From assembly GCA_047620145.1 (NCBI GenBank), contig JBLHKO010000001.1, positions 9,007 through 73,006 on the forward strand: 64,000 nt of DNA, in the 5' to 3' direction. Numbering within the stretch: position 1 is the stretch's first letter; each line of letters starts with the position of its first letter. Both the position numbers and the translations under genes were made by a program. The stretch comes from Gammaproteobacteria bacterium (GTDB lineage: Bacteria > Pseudomonadota > Gammaproteobacteria > Eutrophobiales > Eutrophobiaceae). Shown in pieces: positions 1 through 10,492 of the stretch. The notes beneath the pieces were generated by a model, which saw only the letters and a list, made by a program, of their open reading frames with translations, was not told the origin of the DNA and did not search any database.

Positions 1-2023
1 CAGACTCTAATATCACACTGACACGTGTACGTGTTCCTTCACGCACCAGATAATTATGCAACCCAGCCGTTGCTAACAAGGCGGGTATCGGTGCTAGTTC
101 TGCATTAATATTTCGGTCAGACAATATTAAAAATGTATAACCTTCTGCAATTGCCGTATCGGCTTCTTTGCAAACTCTCTGTATGGCGTCATCAAGACCG
201 GTAGACCCTTTTGCAACTTCATAGGTAATCTCAATTGTTTGAGATTTAAATCCTGGTAGATCCATATCGCGAACGCGCGCCAGTTCTTCATTGGTAATCA
301 CCGGCGATTTAATTTTAATCTGACGACAAAGATTTGGTGTAGCCTTTAGTAGATTGCCTTCTGGCCCGATGGTTGAGCTAACTTGCGTCACCAACTCTTC
401 ACGAATGCCATCCAATGGTGGATTGGTCACCTGAGCAAATAGTTGTTTAAAGTAATCGTATAATAATCGTGAACGGTTAGAGAGGACGGCCAGTGCGGCA
501 TCAGTTCCCATGGAACCATTTGCCTCCATACCTTTGCTCGCCATCGGTGCCATGAGGATTCTTAAATCTTCGTGAGTATAACCAAAGGCTTGTTGACGTT
601 GTAACAACGTCTCTGGATCTGAGCCATGAATTTGTTTTGGTGTGGGTAATTTCTCAATCGGAATAAGATTTTGTTTTAACCACTCTCCATAAGGATTTTG
701 CGTGGCAAATTCTTTCTTTAATTCTGCATCATCAATGATGCGGCCTTGTTTGGTATCGACCATAAAGATACGACCAGGGTGCAGGCGATCTTTAATTAAT
801 ACATTTTCTGGTGGAATATCTAACACACCAACTTCAGAGGCCATCACCACCATGTCATCTTTAGTCACATAATAACGTGAAGGTCGCAGTCCATTTCGAT
901 CAAGTACTGCACCAATGACTTCGCCATCGGTAAATGCCACTGACGCAGGGCCATCCCAGGGCTCCATCAGGCAGGCATGGTATTCATAAAACGCCTTACG
1001 TTCTGCATCCATAGTTTCATGACCGCTCCAGGCTTCCGGTATCATCATTAACACGGCATGTGGTAAAGAACGTCCGGTCATGTGCAAAAATTCCATGACA
1101 TTATCAAAGGTTGCTGAATCACTACCGCCTTCAATCACGATCGGGAATAATTTCTTTAGATCATCACCAAACAATTCTGATTCACAGAGTGCTTCACGCG
1201 CACGCATCCAGTTTGCATTGCCGCGCGCGGTATTAATTTCACCGTTGTGGGCAATATATCTAAAAGGATGTGCCAATTTCCAGGCAGGGAATGTATTGGT
1301 TGAAAAACGTTGATGTACCAATGCCATCGCTGATTCAAAATCCGGATCATTAATATCCGGGAACATCGGTTCAATCTGGGAGCCGGTAAGCATGCCTTTA
1401 TAAAGGCAGGTTCTGTAGGACAACGAAGGCACATAAAATTTATCTTGTTCAGATAAATCAGAATTCCAGATGGCATGCTCCGCTAGTTTACGAATAACAT
1501 AGAGTCTTCTTTCAAAGCTTGCGTCATCTTTAATGACTTTACTACGGCCAATAAAAATTTGTTTAAATGTTGGTTCGCCAAACAGTGCGGTGGGCCCTAG
1601 TAGGGAATCATCGGTGGGGACATCTCTCCAGCCTAATACTGATTGTCCTTCTTCGATAACAATCTTCTCGAGTATTTCCTGACACTGTTTAGATTGTTTG
1701 CTATCTGTCGGCAGAAAAATCATGCCAGCGCCGTATTGACCAATCTCAGGTAAATCAATATTAATTTCTTTACATACACGAACAAAAAACTTGTGTGGCA
1801 TCTGCGTCAAAATACCAACACCGTCACCGGTATTTTCTTCACAACCACAAGCACCACGATGGATTAGATTTTTGAGGATTGTCATGGCATTGCTAACAAT
1901 CTTATGCGACTTGCGTCCTTTGATATCTACAACAAAACCAACACCACATGAATCATGTTCATAAGCGGGATCGTAAAGACCTTCTGTCGGGGCAGTATGT
2001 GCTTGTGGATTTTTGTTCTGCAT
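1..2023 (-). CDS. gltB: glutamate synthase large subunit, N-terminal ~674 codons; the 3' part of the gene lies beyond position 1
   Basis: Absent from the ORF track because the frame stays open to the window edge. My translation from the ATG at 2023..2021 gives MQNKNPQAHTAPTEGLYDPAYEHDSCGVGFVVDIKGRKSHKIV..HRGACGCEENTGDGVGIL..HQRFSTNTFP..AHNGEINT... This is the class-II glutamine amidotransferase N-terminus typical of GltB. Confidence 0.9.
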   Translation of the reverse strand, partial: MQNKNPQAHTAPTEGLYDPAYEHDSCGVGFVVDIKGRKSHKIVSNAMTILKNLIHRGACGCEENTGDGVGILTQMPHKFFVRVCKEINIDLPEIGQYGAGMIFLPTDSKQSKQCQEILEKIVIEEGQSVLGWRDVPTDDSLLGPTALFGEPTFKQIFIGRSKVIKDDASFERRLYVIRKLAEHAIWNSDLSEQDKFYVPSLSYRTCLYKGMLTGSQIEPMFPDINDPDFESAMALVHQRFSTNTFPAWKLAHPFRYIAHNGEINTARGNANWMRAREALCESELFGDDLKKLFPIVIEGGSDSATFDNVMEFLHMTGRSLPHAVLMMIPEAWSGHETMDAERKAFYEYHACLMEPWDGPASVAFTDGEVIGAVLDRNGLRPSRYYVTKDDMVVMASEVGVLDIPPENVLIKDRLHPGRIFMVDTKQGRIIDDAELKKEFATQNPYGEWLKQNLIPIEKLPTPKQIHGSDPETLLQRQQAFGYTHEDLRILMAPMASKGMEANGSMGTDAALAVLSNRSRLLYDYFKQLFAQVTNPPLDGIREELVTQVSSTIGPEGNLLKATPNLCRQIKIKSPVITNEELARVRDMDLPGFKSQTIEITYEVAKGSTGLDDAIQRVCKEADTAIAEGYTFLILSDRNINAELAPIPALLATAGLHNYLVREGTRTRVSVILES

Positions 2024-2192
2024 TCTGTAGTTCGCTTATTTCAATGAATATTTTTTTGTGTTAACGGGCTGCATCCCAGCCAGTTGCTCTTCGCGCGTTC
2101 GCGCTACTAGATAACAATTATAATTTTTATTACGAAGACCAATAATATCCGGCCAAGCGCTTCCCACCTAGCTACCCCTTAGGCGGCCGGTG

Positions 2193-2221
2193 ATTATAGT
2201 GGTGTCCTGTCATGATGTCAC
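2193..2221 (-). promoter_or_regulatory. candidate sigma70 promoter for gltB
   Basis: On the minus strand: GTGACA (2221..2216), a 17-nt spacer, then perfect TATAAT (2198..2193). It lies about 170 nt upstream of the gltB ATG. Confidence 0.35.
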
Positions 2222-2372
2222 GGTGCAGCGCACCATATGTAGAAATATTAATTTAACAACATTTAAGTGTATTTAGAGGAAATTTAGTGAATATAAGCGT
2301 ATATAGGCGGAGTTTATTCTCAATTATTATCCATTAAAATCATCAATTATGTGTGATTTTTAGCATTATTTA

Positions 2373-3494
2373 CTACTTGAAACGTTCTGCCTCAGAGATC
2401 GCAAACCGGTCTGTCATACCCGCAATATAGTCGGCGATCACTCTGGCTTTGCCTTCTTCGCCTTCCTGCCGTGCAATATTTTTCTGCGCACCTTCTGGCA
2501 ATAATTTTGGCGTACTCATAAATCCTTCAAATAGTTGTCGAATCACCCGTTTTGCTTCTTCGCTCATCTTTTCTACTTTTGGGTGCCTATATAAATTTTT
2601 GTTCAAAAAACGCTTCAGTTCCATACTTTGTCCAGCTACTGTCTCGCTGAGACCAACCAACGCTTTACCCGCTTTTCGAATATCATGAATCGTTGACGGG
2701 TTTAGTGACTGAATATTTTTCTGACTAGTCGCGATTAGATCAGTCACTAAAGTATTAATCATTCGTCGAATCACTTCATGGATCATTCTTTTGTTTGATA
2801 AGTCTGGCCACTTCTTCTCAACCAGATTCTGTTGTCTTGAAAATAATTCACAAGTTGAAAGTTGATCAAAGGTTATGAGTCCAGCGCGTAATCCATCATC
2901 TACGTCATGGTTGTTATACGCAATCTGGTCAGCAATGTCGGCCACTTGAGCCTCAAGCCCAGGTTGTAGCTTATCCAGAAATCGCTGCCCAATATTGCCC
3001 AGTTCTTTCGCCTTGGCGCGGGAACAATGTTTGAGTATGCCTTCTCTGGTTTCATACATCAGATTGAGACCGGTAAATTCTGCATATTTTTCTTCCAACA
3101 CATCAACCACTCTTAAAGATTGCAGATTATGTTCGAAGCCACCGAATTCCTTCATGCAAAGATTAAGCTCATCCTGACCTGCGTGTCCAAAAGGCGTATG
3201 ACCAAGATCATGCGCCAGACAAATTGCTTCAGTGAGATCTTCGTTGAGTTGTAGTGCTCGACTAATGGTACGACCTATTTGCGCGACTTCAATGGAATGT
3301 GTCAGACGAGTTCGAAACATGTCACCGACATGATTCACAAAGACCTGAGTTTTATATTCTAGTCTGCGGAATGCTGATGAATGCACAACGCGATCGCGAT
3401 CTCTCTGAAACTGATTACGGTGAGATGGTTCCGATTCCTGAGTTTCTCGACCTAAAGAATTTTCTTCACTGGCTGCATAGCGCGCCAAAGGCAT
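2373..3494 (-). CDS. dGTPase-like HD-domain triphosphohydrolase
   Basis: 373-aa ORF with HD-domain motifs [10 protein letters not shown] and [14 protein letters not shown]. The C-terminal [10 protein letters not shown] is typical of the Dgt-like family. Confidence 0.88.
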   Translation of the reverse strand: MPLARYAASEENSLGRETQESEPSHRNQFQRDRDRVVHSSAFRRLEYKTQVFVNHVGDMFRTRLTHSIEVAQIGRTISRALQLNEDLTEAICLAHDLGHTPFGHAGQDELNLCMKEFGGFEHNLQSLRVVDVLEEKYAEFTGLNLMYETREGILKHCSRAKAKELGNIGQRFLDKLQPGLEAQVADIADQIAYNNHDVDDGLRAGLITFDQLSTCELFSRQQNLVEKKWPDLSNKRMIHEVIRRMINTLVTDLIATSQKNIQSLNPSTIHDIRKAGKALVGLSETVAGQSMELKRFLNKNLYRHPKVEKMSEEAKRVIRQLFEGFMSTPKLLPEGAQKNIARQEGEEGKARVIADYIAGMTDRFAISEAERFK

Positions 3495-3496
3495 TG

Positions 3497-4636
3497 CTAG
3501 CGACTCCTTGCAGCAGAGGCCGTATTTTCTGGGGAAGTATTTCCTGGAGAAAAATGCTGCAATGTTTCCATGAGTAAATCTTCACTAAATTCATCTGTAA
3601 CGACTGCTTCGCCAATGCCTTTCAATAAAATTAAAAACAACATGCCATCTTTAGCTTTTTTATCGACGGCCATTAATTCTCGCATCTTCGTCGTATCAAG
3701 TTCTTCGGGTAGTGCGACAGGCAAATTTAATTTAAGCAGTATTTTTTCTAAACGATCAGTAACATCCTCAGTTATCCAACCCATGCGTCGTGAAAGATCC
3801 GCAGCCATGAGCATACCAAGGGCAATGGCTTCTCCATGTAACCATTTTCCGTAGCCAAGTCCTGTTTCAATAGCGTGTCCAAAAGTGTGTCCCAAATTCA
3901 GTATTGCTCGAACACCTGATTCCCTTTCATCAGCCGCGACTACTTCTGCCTTGTTATGACATGATTTCTCAATGATATAAGCAAGCGCATCAGGATCTCT
4001 GTTGACTAATTTTTCAATGTTACCTTCTATCCAATCGAAAAATTTTGCATCTCTGATAAGGCCATATTTCACGACTTCGGCAAAACCGGCACTGACCTCT
4101 CTGTCATTGAGTGTCTCTAGTACGGAAGTATCAGCAATCACAGCTAAGGGCTGATGGAATGCACCGATCATGTTTTTGCCGGCAGCATGATTTACCCCCG
4201 TTTTACCGCCCACTGACGAATCCACTTGCGCAAGTACCGTAGTAGGTATTTGAATAAAGTCTACGCCGCGCTGATAACAAGCCGCAGCAAAACCTGTAAT
4301 GTCACCAACAACACCGCCACCTAATGCCAGCAGACAACAATTACGACTGTACCGTTTGTTTAACAATTCAGTAATAATGTCATTCACAGCATCAAGGTTT
4401 TTATACTGTTCACCGTCGGGCAGAATCACTGAATTAACTTCCAGGCCTTCTGAAATTAATCCTTGTAAAGATTGCATCAGCTTTTCCATATACAAAGGTG
4501 CAATTGTTGTATTGCTGACAACCATCACCTGCTTGGACCTGATATTTTCAGAGAATAAATTGGGTTTTCTGAGAAGATCATTTCCCGCATAGATTGGATA
4601 ACTACGATCGCCTAACTCTACTATAATCTTTTTCAT
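3497..4636 (-). CDS. aroB: 3-dehydroquinate synthase
   Basis: 379 aa with [14 protein letters not shown] and [12 protein letters not shown] motifs. Classic aroK-aroB pairing downstream of pilQ. Confidence 0.95.
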   Translation of the reverse strand: MKKIIVELGDRSYPIYAGNDLLRKPNLFSENIRSKQVMVVSNTTIAPLYMEKLMQSLQGLISEGLEVNSVILPDGEQYKNLDAVNDIITELLNKRYSRNCCLLALGGGVVGDITGFAAACYQRGVDFIQIPTTVLAQVDSSVGGKTGVNHAAGKNMIGAFHQPLAVIADTSVLETLNDREVSAGFAEVVKYGLIRDAKFFDWIEGNIEKLVNRDPDALAYIIEKSCHNKAEVVAADERESGVRAILNLGHTFGHAIETGLGYGKWLHGEAIALGMLMAADLSRRMGWITEDVTDRLEKILLKLNLPVALPEELDTTKMRELMAVDKKAKDGMLFLILLKGIGEAVVTDEFSEDLLMETLQHFSPGNTSPENTASAARSR

Positions 4637-4644
4637 TATTATGT

Positions 4645-5160
4645 TTATCTATCTGCTGACATTATCTGCGTGATTATATCATTGATAGAAAGCTCAGCTG
4701 TATCAATCACCATATCCGCAACGCCTTCGTACAAAGGCTCGCGCTCTTCAAGTAATTTTTTCAGAACTGCCTCAGGATTATCATTCTGTAACAAAGGTCT
4801 CTTACTGTCTTTTGATGTTCGTTTTAACAGCTGATTGATGTTGGATTTGAGATAGACCACAAAGCCTCTTTCGGATAGACGCGTTCTATTTTCTTCAATT
4901 AATATTGCACCTCCACCTGTTGCCAACACAATATTAGACATTGATGTAAGCTCATCCAGTATTTTTCCTTCTCGATTACGAAAACCTTCCTCACCTTCAA
5001 TTTCAAAAATAAGGTTAATGCTTGCGCCGGTACGATTTTCAATCTCATGATCACTGTCATAAAATGTTTGCGATATTTTTAGCGCCAATTTTTTCCCGAT
5101 CGTCGACTTGCCAGTCCCCATCGGACCGACCAGAAAAATATTAGAATTAGGATATAAAAT
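4645..5160 (-). CDS. aroK: shikimate kinase (start codon uncertain, probably non-canonical)
   Basis: The track ORF (4645..5121) begins at a Met inside the Walker A loop (GPMGTGKST). The frame is open upstream as [16 protein letters not shown] back to a TGA at 5169..5167. It contains no ATG, GTG or TTG. ATT at 5160..5158 lies 5 nt after GGTGAG. Confidence 0.85.
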   Translation of the reverse strand: MLYPNSNIFLVGPMGTGKSTIGKKLALKISQTFYDSDHEIENRTGASINLIFEIEGEEGFRNREGKILDELTSMSNIVLATGGGAILIEENRTRLSERGFVVYLKSNINQLLKRTSKDSKRPLLQNDNPEAVLKKLLEEREPLYEGVADMVIDTAELSINDIITQIMSADR

Positions 5161-5256
5161 GATTACTCACCAATACTGTTAAATTGAATAATTAACTAGA
5201 TGTGAATAATACGAGGATTACTGCGAATGAACCACCCGACAGTAGATTATCTTCAA

Positions 5257-5289
5257 ATAAAAAAAGGATGTAGCACTAATGCTACATCC
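5257..5289 (-). terminator. rho-independent terminator after pilQ
   Basis: GGATGTAGC / GCTACATCC stem (5266-5274 / 5281-5289). On the minus strand it is followed by a T8-rich run (5265..5257). Confidence 0.65.
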
Positions 5290-5323
5290 TTTTACGTTGT
5301 GTCAGTAATTTCTTACTGTTTTG

Positions 5324-7489
5324 TTATATATTCAGACTATCCTTCAATATCTTAGGTGTAACAAAGATCAGTAACTCAGATTTGTTAGTCGATTCCGAGG
5401 TGCGTTTAAACAAAAATCCCAAATACGGTAAATCACCAAAAAACGGAATCCTGTCTGAGGATGTGTTATCTGACTGCGAATAAACACCACCCAGCACCAC
5501 TGTCTCACCGTTATCTACCATGACCTGTGTTCCAACATTTCTTGTGTTAATTGTTGGTATCCCTCCTGCTACAGCCGCACCCTGAGTATCTTGATTCACC
5601 TGTAAATCAAGCAATATCTTATCATCAGGGGTTATCTGTGGTGTCACCCGCAAAGATAATACTGCTTTCTTAAATGAGACAGTTGCTGCACCACTTGATG
5701 ATGCTTCCGTATAAGGTATCTCAACACCAGATTCTATAAGCGCTTCTTTTTGATTGACTGTAATGACTTTCGGACTAGCAATATCTTCACCACGACCTTC
5801 TGCAAGTAAAGCTGAGAGTTCTAGTTGAAGTAACCAAGATCCTATTTTACCAAAGGCAAGACCTAATGCGCCGGCACCAGCTGCTGCTGATGGTAAATCT
5901 ACAATGAGATTTTCTTCAGTACCGTTATTAAAAGATGTAGTACCATTAAAATCTGTTATACCATCATTTCCACCACCAATAGTCCTTACTTGGCCATCCT
6001 GTCCGAAAATACTTTTACTTGCACCAAATCTGACACCCAAATCCTTGGCAAAAGTTTCATCCGCATTGACAATCCGTGACTCAATCAACACTTGCCTTAT
6101 GGCAATATCAAGCTTACTTATCATGTCACGTACGCTCTGCAAACTTGTCGAAACATCTTGGACGATTAACGTATTAGTTCGCTCATCAATTGTCACACTA
6201 CCACGCTCTGATAATAAACTGTTTTCGTCTGCCTTGATCAGTACTGCTAAATCAGCAGCTTTCGCATAATTAATCTGCATAAATTCAGTGCGTAATGGCG
6301 CTAATTCTTCAACTTGTTTTGTGGCCTCAAGCTCCAGTTTTTCACGCGCAGCAATCTCTGCATTTGGGGCAACCATGATGACATTATCAATTTGTCTCAT
6401 ACCCAGACCTTTCGCTTTTAGAATAATATCCAGAGCCTGATCCCAGGGAACATTCTTCAAACGCAAAGTGACATTACCACCAACAGTATCACTGGCCACC
6501 ATATTCAAACCGGTGAAATCAGCAATTAACTGTAATACCGCACGTACTTCTATATCCTGAAAATTCAGAGACAGACGTTCTCCAGTAAAGCCAACTTCTG
6601 CTTTTCTTGCTTCTTGCTCTTGCTCGTCTAATGGACGCACTTCTACAACGAACGTATTATCTGACTGATAAGCCAGATGATCATATTGATCGGTGATTGT
6701 CGATATCTGCATCCGGGCACCATTACTACTGCTTTTCGTATCAACTTCCTTGACGGGTGTTGCAAAATCAACGACATCAAGCTTTCTATCTAACTCGTTA
6801 GGAAGCGCTGCACCAATAAAATCGAGTACGATTTTACCGCCTACCTGATTCATATCCACACTAATAGAAGGATCAGATAACGTGACTATAATTCTTCCTT
6901 CCCCATCAGTTCCTCTTCTGAAATCTATACCTTCCACCTTAGAGCTTCCACCACCCGTATACCCAGAATTGGTACTAGGCATGTTTGCCGTACTGACTCC
7001 AGATGCATCACCACCAAGTGTCACAACCACAGAACTCCCTTGCACATCAACTTCATAAGGAACCGACTTAACCAAATTAAGTACAACACGTGTTCTTCCA
7101 GATGCTTCGACTGCAGAAACGCTATGAGCTACGCCAACATCTATAGATTGATTCTTTTCGACACCACCAAGACTGGTATTTGGAAAATCCAGTGCAATCC
7201 TTGCAGGGTTATCGATAGTAAAGGACAGTGGCTCACCCTGCATGGCTTCAGATAGTTCAATTTTTAATTGAACCCTTTCTCCTGGTAAAACGGAGTAGCT
7301 TATATCGTCTAACGTAGCTGCCTGCACAATACCAAAAAGTCCTGCTGTCGCAAAAAAAACTACCACACCAAAAATTCCTAATATATGACCGAGTTGCTTA
7401 GTCATTGCCTTTATACTCCTAATAATGTTGCCATTGATATTATTCATAGTATTCGCAGTCATAATCATGCCACCCCTGATTCTATTCAT
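5324..7489 (-). CDS. pilQ: type IV pilus secretin PilQ
   Basis: 721 aa with a secretin C-terminal domain (VVLGGV..IPFFGDLPYLGFLFK). Last gene of the pilMNOPQ order. The exact start among the N-terminal Mets is uncertain. Confidence 0.93.
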   Translation of the reverse strand: MNRIRGGMIMTANTMNNINGNIIRSIKAMTKQLGHILGIFGVVVFFATAGLFGIVQAATLDDISYSVLPGERVQLKIELSEAMQGEPLSFTIDNPARIALDFPNTSLGGVEKNQSIDVGVAHSVSAVEASGRTRVVLNLVKSVPYEVDVQGSSVVVTLGGDASGVSTANMPSTNSGYTGGGSSKVEGIDFRRGTDGEGRIIVTLSDPSISVDMNQVGGKIVLDFIGAALPNELDRKLDVVDFATPVKEVDTKSSSNGARMQISTITDQYDHLAYQSDNTFVVEVRPLDEQEQEARKAEVGFTGERLSLNFQDIEVRAVLQLIADFTGLNMVASDTVGGNVTLRLKNVPWDQALDIILKAKGLGMRQIDNVIMVAPNAEIAAREKLELEATKQVEELAPLRTEFMQINYAKAADLAVLIKADENSLLSERGSVTIDERTNTLIVQDVSTSLQSVRDMISKLDIAIRQVLIESRIVNADETFAKDLGVRFGASKSIFGQDGQVRTIGGGNDGITDFNGTTSFNNGTEENLIVDLPSAAAGAGALGLAFGKIGSWLLQLELSALLAEGRGEDIASPKVITVNQKEALIESGVEIPYTEASSSGAATVSFKKAVLSLRVTPQITPDDKILLDLQVNQDTQGAAVAGGIPTINTRNVGTQVMVDNGETVVLGGVYSQSDNTSSDRIPFFGDLPYLGFLFKRTSESTNKSELLIFVTPKILKDSLNI

Positions 7490-8052
7490 TCTTGTTCCAC
7501 CAGCGCGATTGTTGCCTGACGTTCTTCCCAGCGTCCCTCACTATTCTTGACAATCTCCCTGAGTTCTATTCTGTCTTCAAATACATTCAATACCTTGCCA
7601 GTGTTCCGTCCCATGTAGTTTCCAACCTTGATTCTATGCACAGCGCCATCTGGACCCATGATAATTCCCCACTGATTTTCTCCATTTTCCATAGTGCCAA
7701 CCATGCGCAGACTATCAAGCTCGTATTGCTCTAGTTCTTCCTTATTACGGTTCTTTATCTCTTCTTCCATTTCTTTCGTTAAACCACTTCCCTCACCTTC
7801 TATCGCCTCATCCTCTTCTTCTTGGTAAAAAAGTTTGAATGGGTCACGCGCATTCAGTCCAGAAGATTGGTAGGCGTATGCTTCATAAGGTTTAATCTCG
7901 GGTAAAGGCTCAATTCTCCCACCTGGTTTCGCCAATATTTCCGTAATGTATTGATCCAAATCACTGGTATCAGTAGAAACACACCCACTCAGGTTTAGGA
8001 GTATGCTAAGGAAAATTGCTATCCAAATAGTTTTTAATCGAAGCGAAGTCAT
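7486..8052 (-). CDS. pilP: type IV pilus assembly lipoprotein PilP
   Basis: 188 aa with lipobox LSGC. Its position between pilO and pilQ fits, and there is a 4-nt overlap with pilQ. Confidence 0.85.
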   Translation of the reverse strand: MTSLRLKTIWIAIFLSILLNLSGCVSTDTSDLDQYITEILAKPGGRIEPLPEIKPYEAYAYQSSGLNARDPFKLFYQEEEDEAIEGEGSGLTKEMEEEIKNRNKEELEQYELDSLRMVGTMENGENQWGIIMGPDGAVHRIKVGNYMGRNTGKVLNVFEDRIELREIVKNSEGRWEERQATIALVEQE

Positions 8053-8661
8053 TTATGATTCATCCTCTTCTTCTTCAGCTAAGGCGCGGTATGTCTTGGC
8101 TGTTGCTGTCATTACCAACGAGCCTTTCGAACCAGCAGCTCCTGATTTATTAGTAATACTAATATCGTGAGTCGTCACAATTCTGGGGAGGGTCGCTATT
8201 CCGCTGACAAATTCGCCAAATTGATGGTAATCACCGACAACTCGGATCGATATAGGTAACTCAGAATAAAACTCGGCAGGTTTTTCCTTTCCGGGTTTGA
8301 ATAATTCGAACTCTAATCCTGTAGCCAGTCCTGTTTGTGAGATATCCACGATCAGGCCTGCAACTTCTGTTTGATCCGGCAATTGCCTGATCATGTCGCC
8401 AAATGATTGTTTCATTTCGGCCAGTTGTTCTTTCAGAGCATTCAGATTAGCAGCTTTCTTTTGCTTGACCTCAAAAGTCTCCCTCAAAGTAACCTCTTCT
8501 TTTTCAACTGTTGCAAGCGAATCCAGTTGTGGCTGTACGTCATAATGCCAGGCACCGTAGGCGACAGCTATACAAGCCACAAGAATGACAACCATTCTGA
8601 CTGGAAGTGGCCAGCTGCCAATATTATTCGGGTCAAGACTATTTAGTTCATCTAAAGTCAT
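8053..8661 (-). CDS. pilO: type IV pilus assembly protein PilO
   Basis: 202 aa with a single N-terminal TM helix and a coiled coil. Operon position fits. Confidence 0.85.
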   Translation of the reverse strand: MTLDELNSLDPNNIGSWPLPVRMVVILVACIAVAYGAWHYDVQPQLDSLATVEKEEVTLRETFEVKQKKAANLNALKEQLAEMKQSFGDMIRQLPDQTEVAGLIVDISQTGLATGLEFELFKPGKEKPAEFYSELPISIRVVGDYHQFGEFVSGIATLPRIVTTHDISITNKSGAAGSKGSLVMTATAKTYRALAEEEEDES

Positions 8662-9239
8662 GCGTCCTCCTCCTCGCCATTGTCTTCACCAGAACCTTTG
8701 GGGATCACCTGATTAAAACGCATGGTGAAATTACTTATTCGTTGTCCCTGTTCGTCTTTTGCCTCAATCACATCAAGCTGCGGGTCACCCAACCAAGCAG
8801 AATCCTCCAGCTTTCGCATAAATGAGGAGACTCTGGCATTCGATTGTGCGACACCTATAATCGTGATTGACTTGCCTTTTTGTGTCACAGAATTAAGACT
8901 GACGCCCTCAGGTAAACTTGTCACCATTTCGTCAAATAGACGGACAATAAGCGGACGGTTACCCTGCAACTGTTCGATGGCATTAATTCGAGCCTTTAAT
9001 CTTTGTTTTTCTTTTTCAAGACGTTGAATCTCCTCAATCTTCGCATCTAACTTGACTATCTCGGTCTCAATAATTCCATTTCGTGATTGCTGATAATCAA
9101 TCCGTTGTGTGTTAAAAAAGTGAATTGCACCCCAAGCACAGAGTGTTAACGCAATAAACGCACCAATAGCGGCAAAGAACTCTTGCTGACGCTCCTTGCG
9201 TAGCGCATCTCTCCAAGGTAGCAGATTAATTCTGGCCAT
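8658..9239 (-). CDS. pilN: type IV pilus assembly protein PilN
   Basis: 193 aa. N-terminal MARINLLPWR motif followed by a TM helix. Overlaps both pilO and pilM. Confidence 0.88.
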   Translation of the reverse strand: MARINLLPWRDALRKERQQEFFAAIGAFIALTLCAWGAIHFFNTQRIDYQQSRNGIIETEIVKLDAKIEEIQRLEKEKQRLKARINAIEQLQGNRPLIVRLFDEMVTSLPEGVSLNSVTQKGKSITIIGVAQSNARVSSFMRKLEDSAWLGDPQLDVIEAKDEQGQRISNFTMRFNQVIPKGSGEDNGEEEDA

Positions 9240-10303
9240 TAGTCAAAACTCCTCAATGCTAATCCACATGACACCATCAGAGATGGGGCATCATTACTCA
9301 ACGCCTGCGCTGGTACCCTTGACGACAAAGTCATATTTGCAAACGGATTTGCAATCGTTGTTTTGATACCTACCGCGGCTTCAACTATGTCAGCAATCCC
9401 AGCAATAGAAGCACAGCCTCCGGCGAGTATCAGATGATCAATTTGAGCAATTGGGCTAGATGAAAAAAAGAATTGTTGTGCACGGCTTATTTGCTGAGCC
9501 ATGGATGCTTTAAATGGCTCAAGAACTTCGGGTCCATAATTATCCGGTAATCCCCCTTGCTTTTTAGCCAGGCCAGCTTCTTCATATGAGAGCCCATAAC
9601 GACGCTGAATATCTTCTGTTAACTGAGCCCCGCCAAAAGCTTGTTCTCTTGAGTAAACTATTTTTAAATTTTCCAGAACACTAAAGGTCGTCACTGCAGA
9701 ACCTACGTCAGCCACTGCAATGATCTGATCTTCTCCACCGCTACCAAATAAATCATAAGCCATCATGGCAACAGTATTTTCCAGGGCAAAGGCTTCAACA
9801 TCAACAACCTTTGCATCCAAGCCTCCAACTTCAAGTGCAGCAACACGCAAATCGACATTCTCGCTCCTTGACGCAGCAAGCAGCACATTCACTTGTCCCT
9901 CATTTCCCTCAGTTGGACCCAGAACTTCAAAATCCATGCTGACTTCTTCAAGCGGGAAAGGTATGTATTGATCTGCCTCTAGTTGAATTTGACTTTCCAT
10001 ATCATCATCGGAAAGGCCTGCGGGCATGATAATTACCTTGGTAATTACTGCTGAGCCTGCAACCGCCGCCGCGCCATACTTAACACGCGAACCCGATTTC
10101 TTTACGGCTCTGCCGATTGCTTCACCAACAATATCCGCATCAGCAATATTTTTTTCCACCACAGAATTTGCAGGTAGCGGTTCAACGGAGTAACTTTCAA
10201 TGCGATACTTGCCTGCGCTTCCACTTAGCTCAAGTAGCTTGATGGCGGTGGCAGTAATATCGATACCCAATACTGGAGTTGACTTTTTCTTAAACGGAAA
10301 CAC
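9239..10303 (-). CDS. pilM: type IV pilus assembly ATPase-fold protein PilM
   Basis: 354 aa with an actin-like fold signature (GIDITATAIKLLEL...). First gene of the operon, divergent from ponA. Confidence 0.92.
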   Translation of the reverse strand: MFPFKKKSTPVLGIDITATAIKLLELSGSAGKYRIESYSVEPLPANSVVEKNIADADIVGEAIGRAVKKSGSRVKYGAAAVAGSAVITKVIIMPAGLSDDDMESQIQLEADQYIPFPLEEVSMDFEVLGPTEGNEGQVNVLLAASRSENVDLRVAALEVGGLDAKVVDVEAFALENTVAMMAYDLFGSGGEDQIIAVADVGSAVTTFSVLENLKIVYSREQAFGGAQLTEDIQRRYGLSYEEAGLAKKQGGLPDNYGPEVLEPFKASMAQQISRAQQFFFSSSPIAQIDHLILAGGCASIAGIADIVEAAVGIKTTIANPFANMTLSSRVPAQALSNDAPSLMVSCGLALRSFD

Positions 10304-10492
10304 GATTTTTTCCTTTTATTGTCACAGAGTTATACGGCATACACATAATTAACATTAAGTACATGAGCCAACTATAGCCAACGAAAACTTAAAAAACAAA
10401 TACTTTTTCGTATTAATTAATGTATTACATTAATTAGTTTTTAGGCTGAAAAAGCCATATATATGGGAGAATTCTGAGTTAAACTACACAAC

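Noticed and set aside
5904-6269. 121-aa ORF antisense to pilQ. Similar long antisense or alternate-frame ORFs in the track include 26009-26353 (inside the DUF1538 gene), 60899-61267 (inside msbA), 62771-63154 (inside prk), 29001-29339 and 30723-31046.
   Set aside because: Each lies wholly inside a gene whose product has clear family motifs. Their translations are low-complexity (Ser/Pro/Leu-rich) and have no ribosome-binding sites or recognisable domains. They are typical shadow ORFs.
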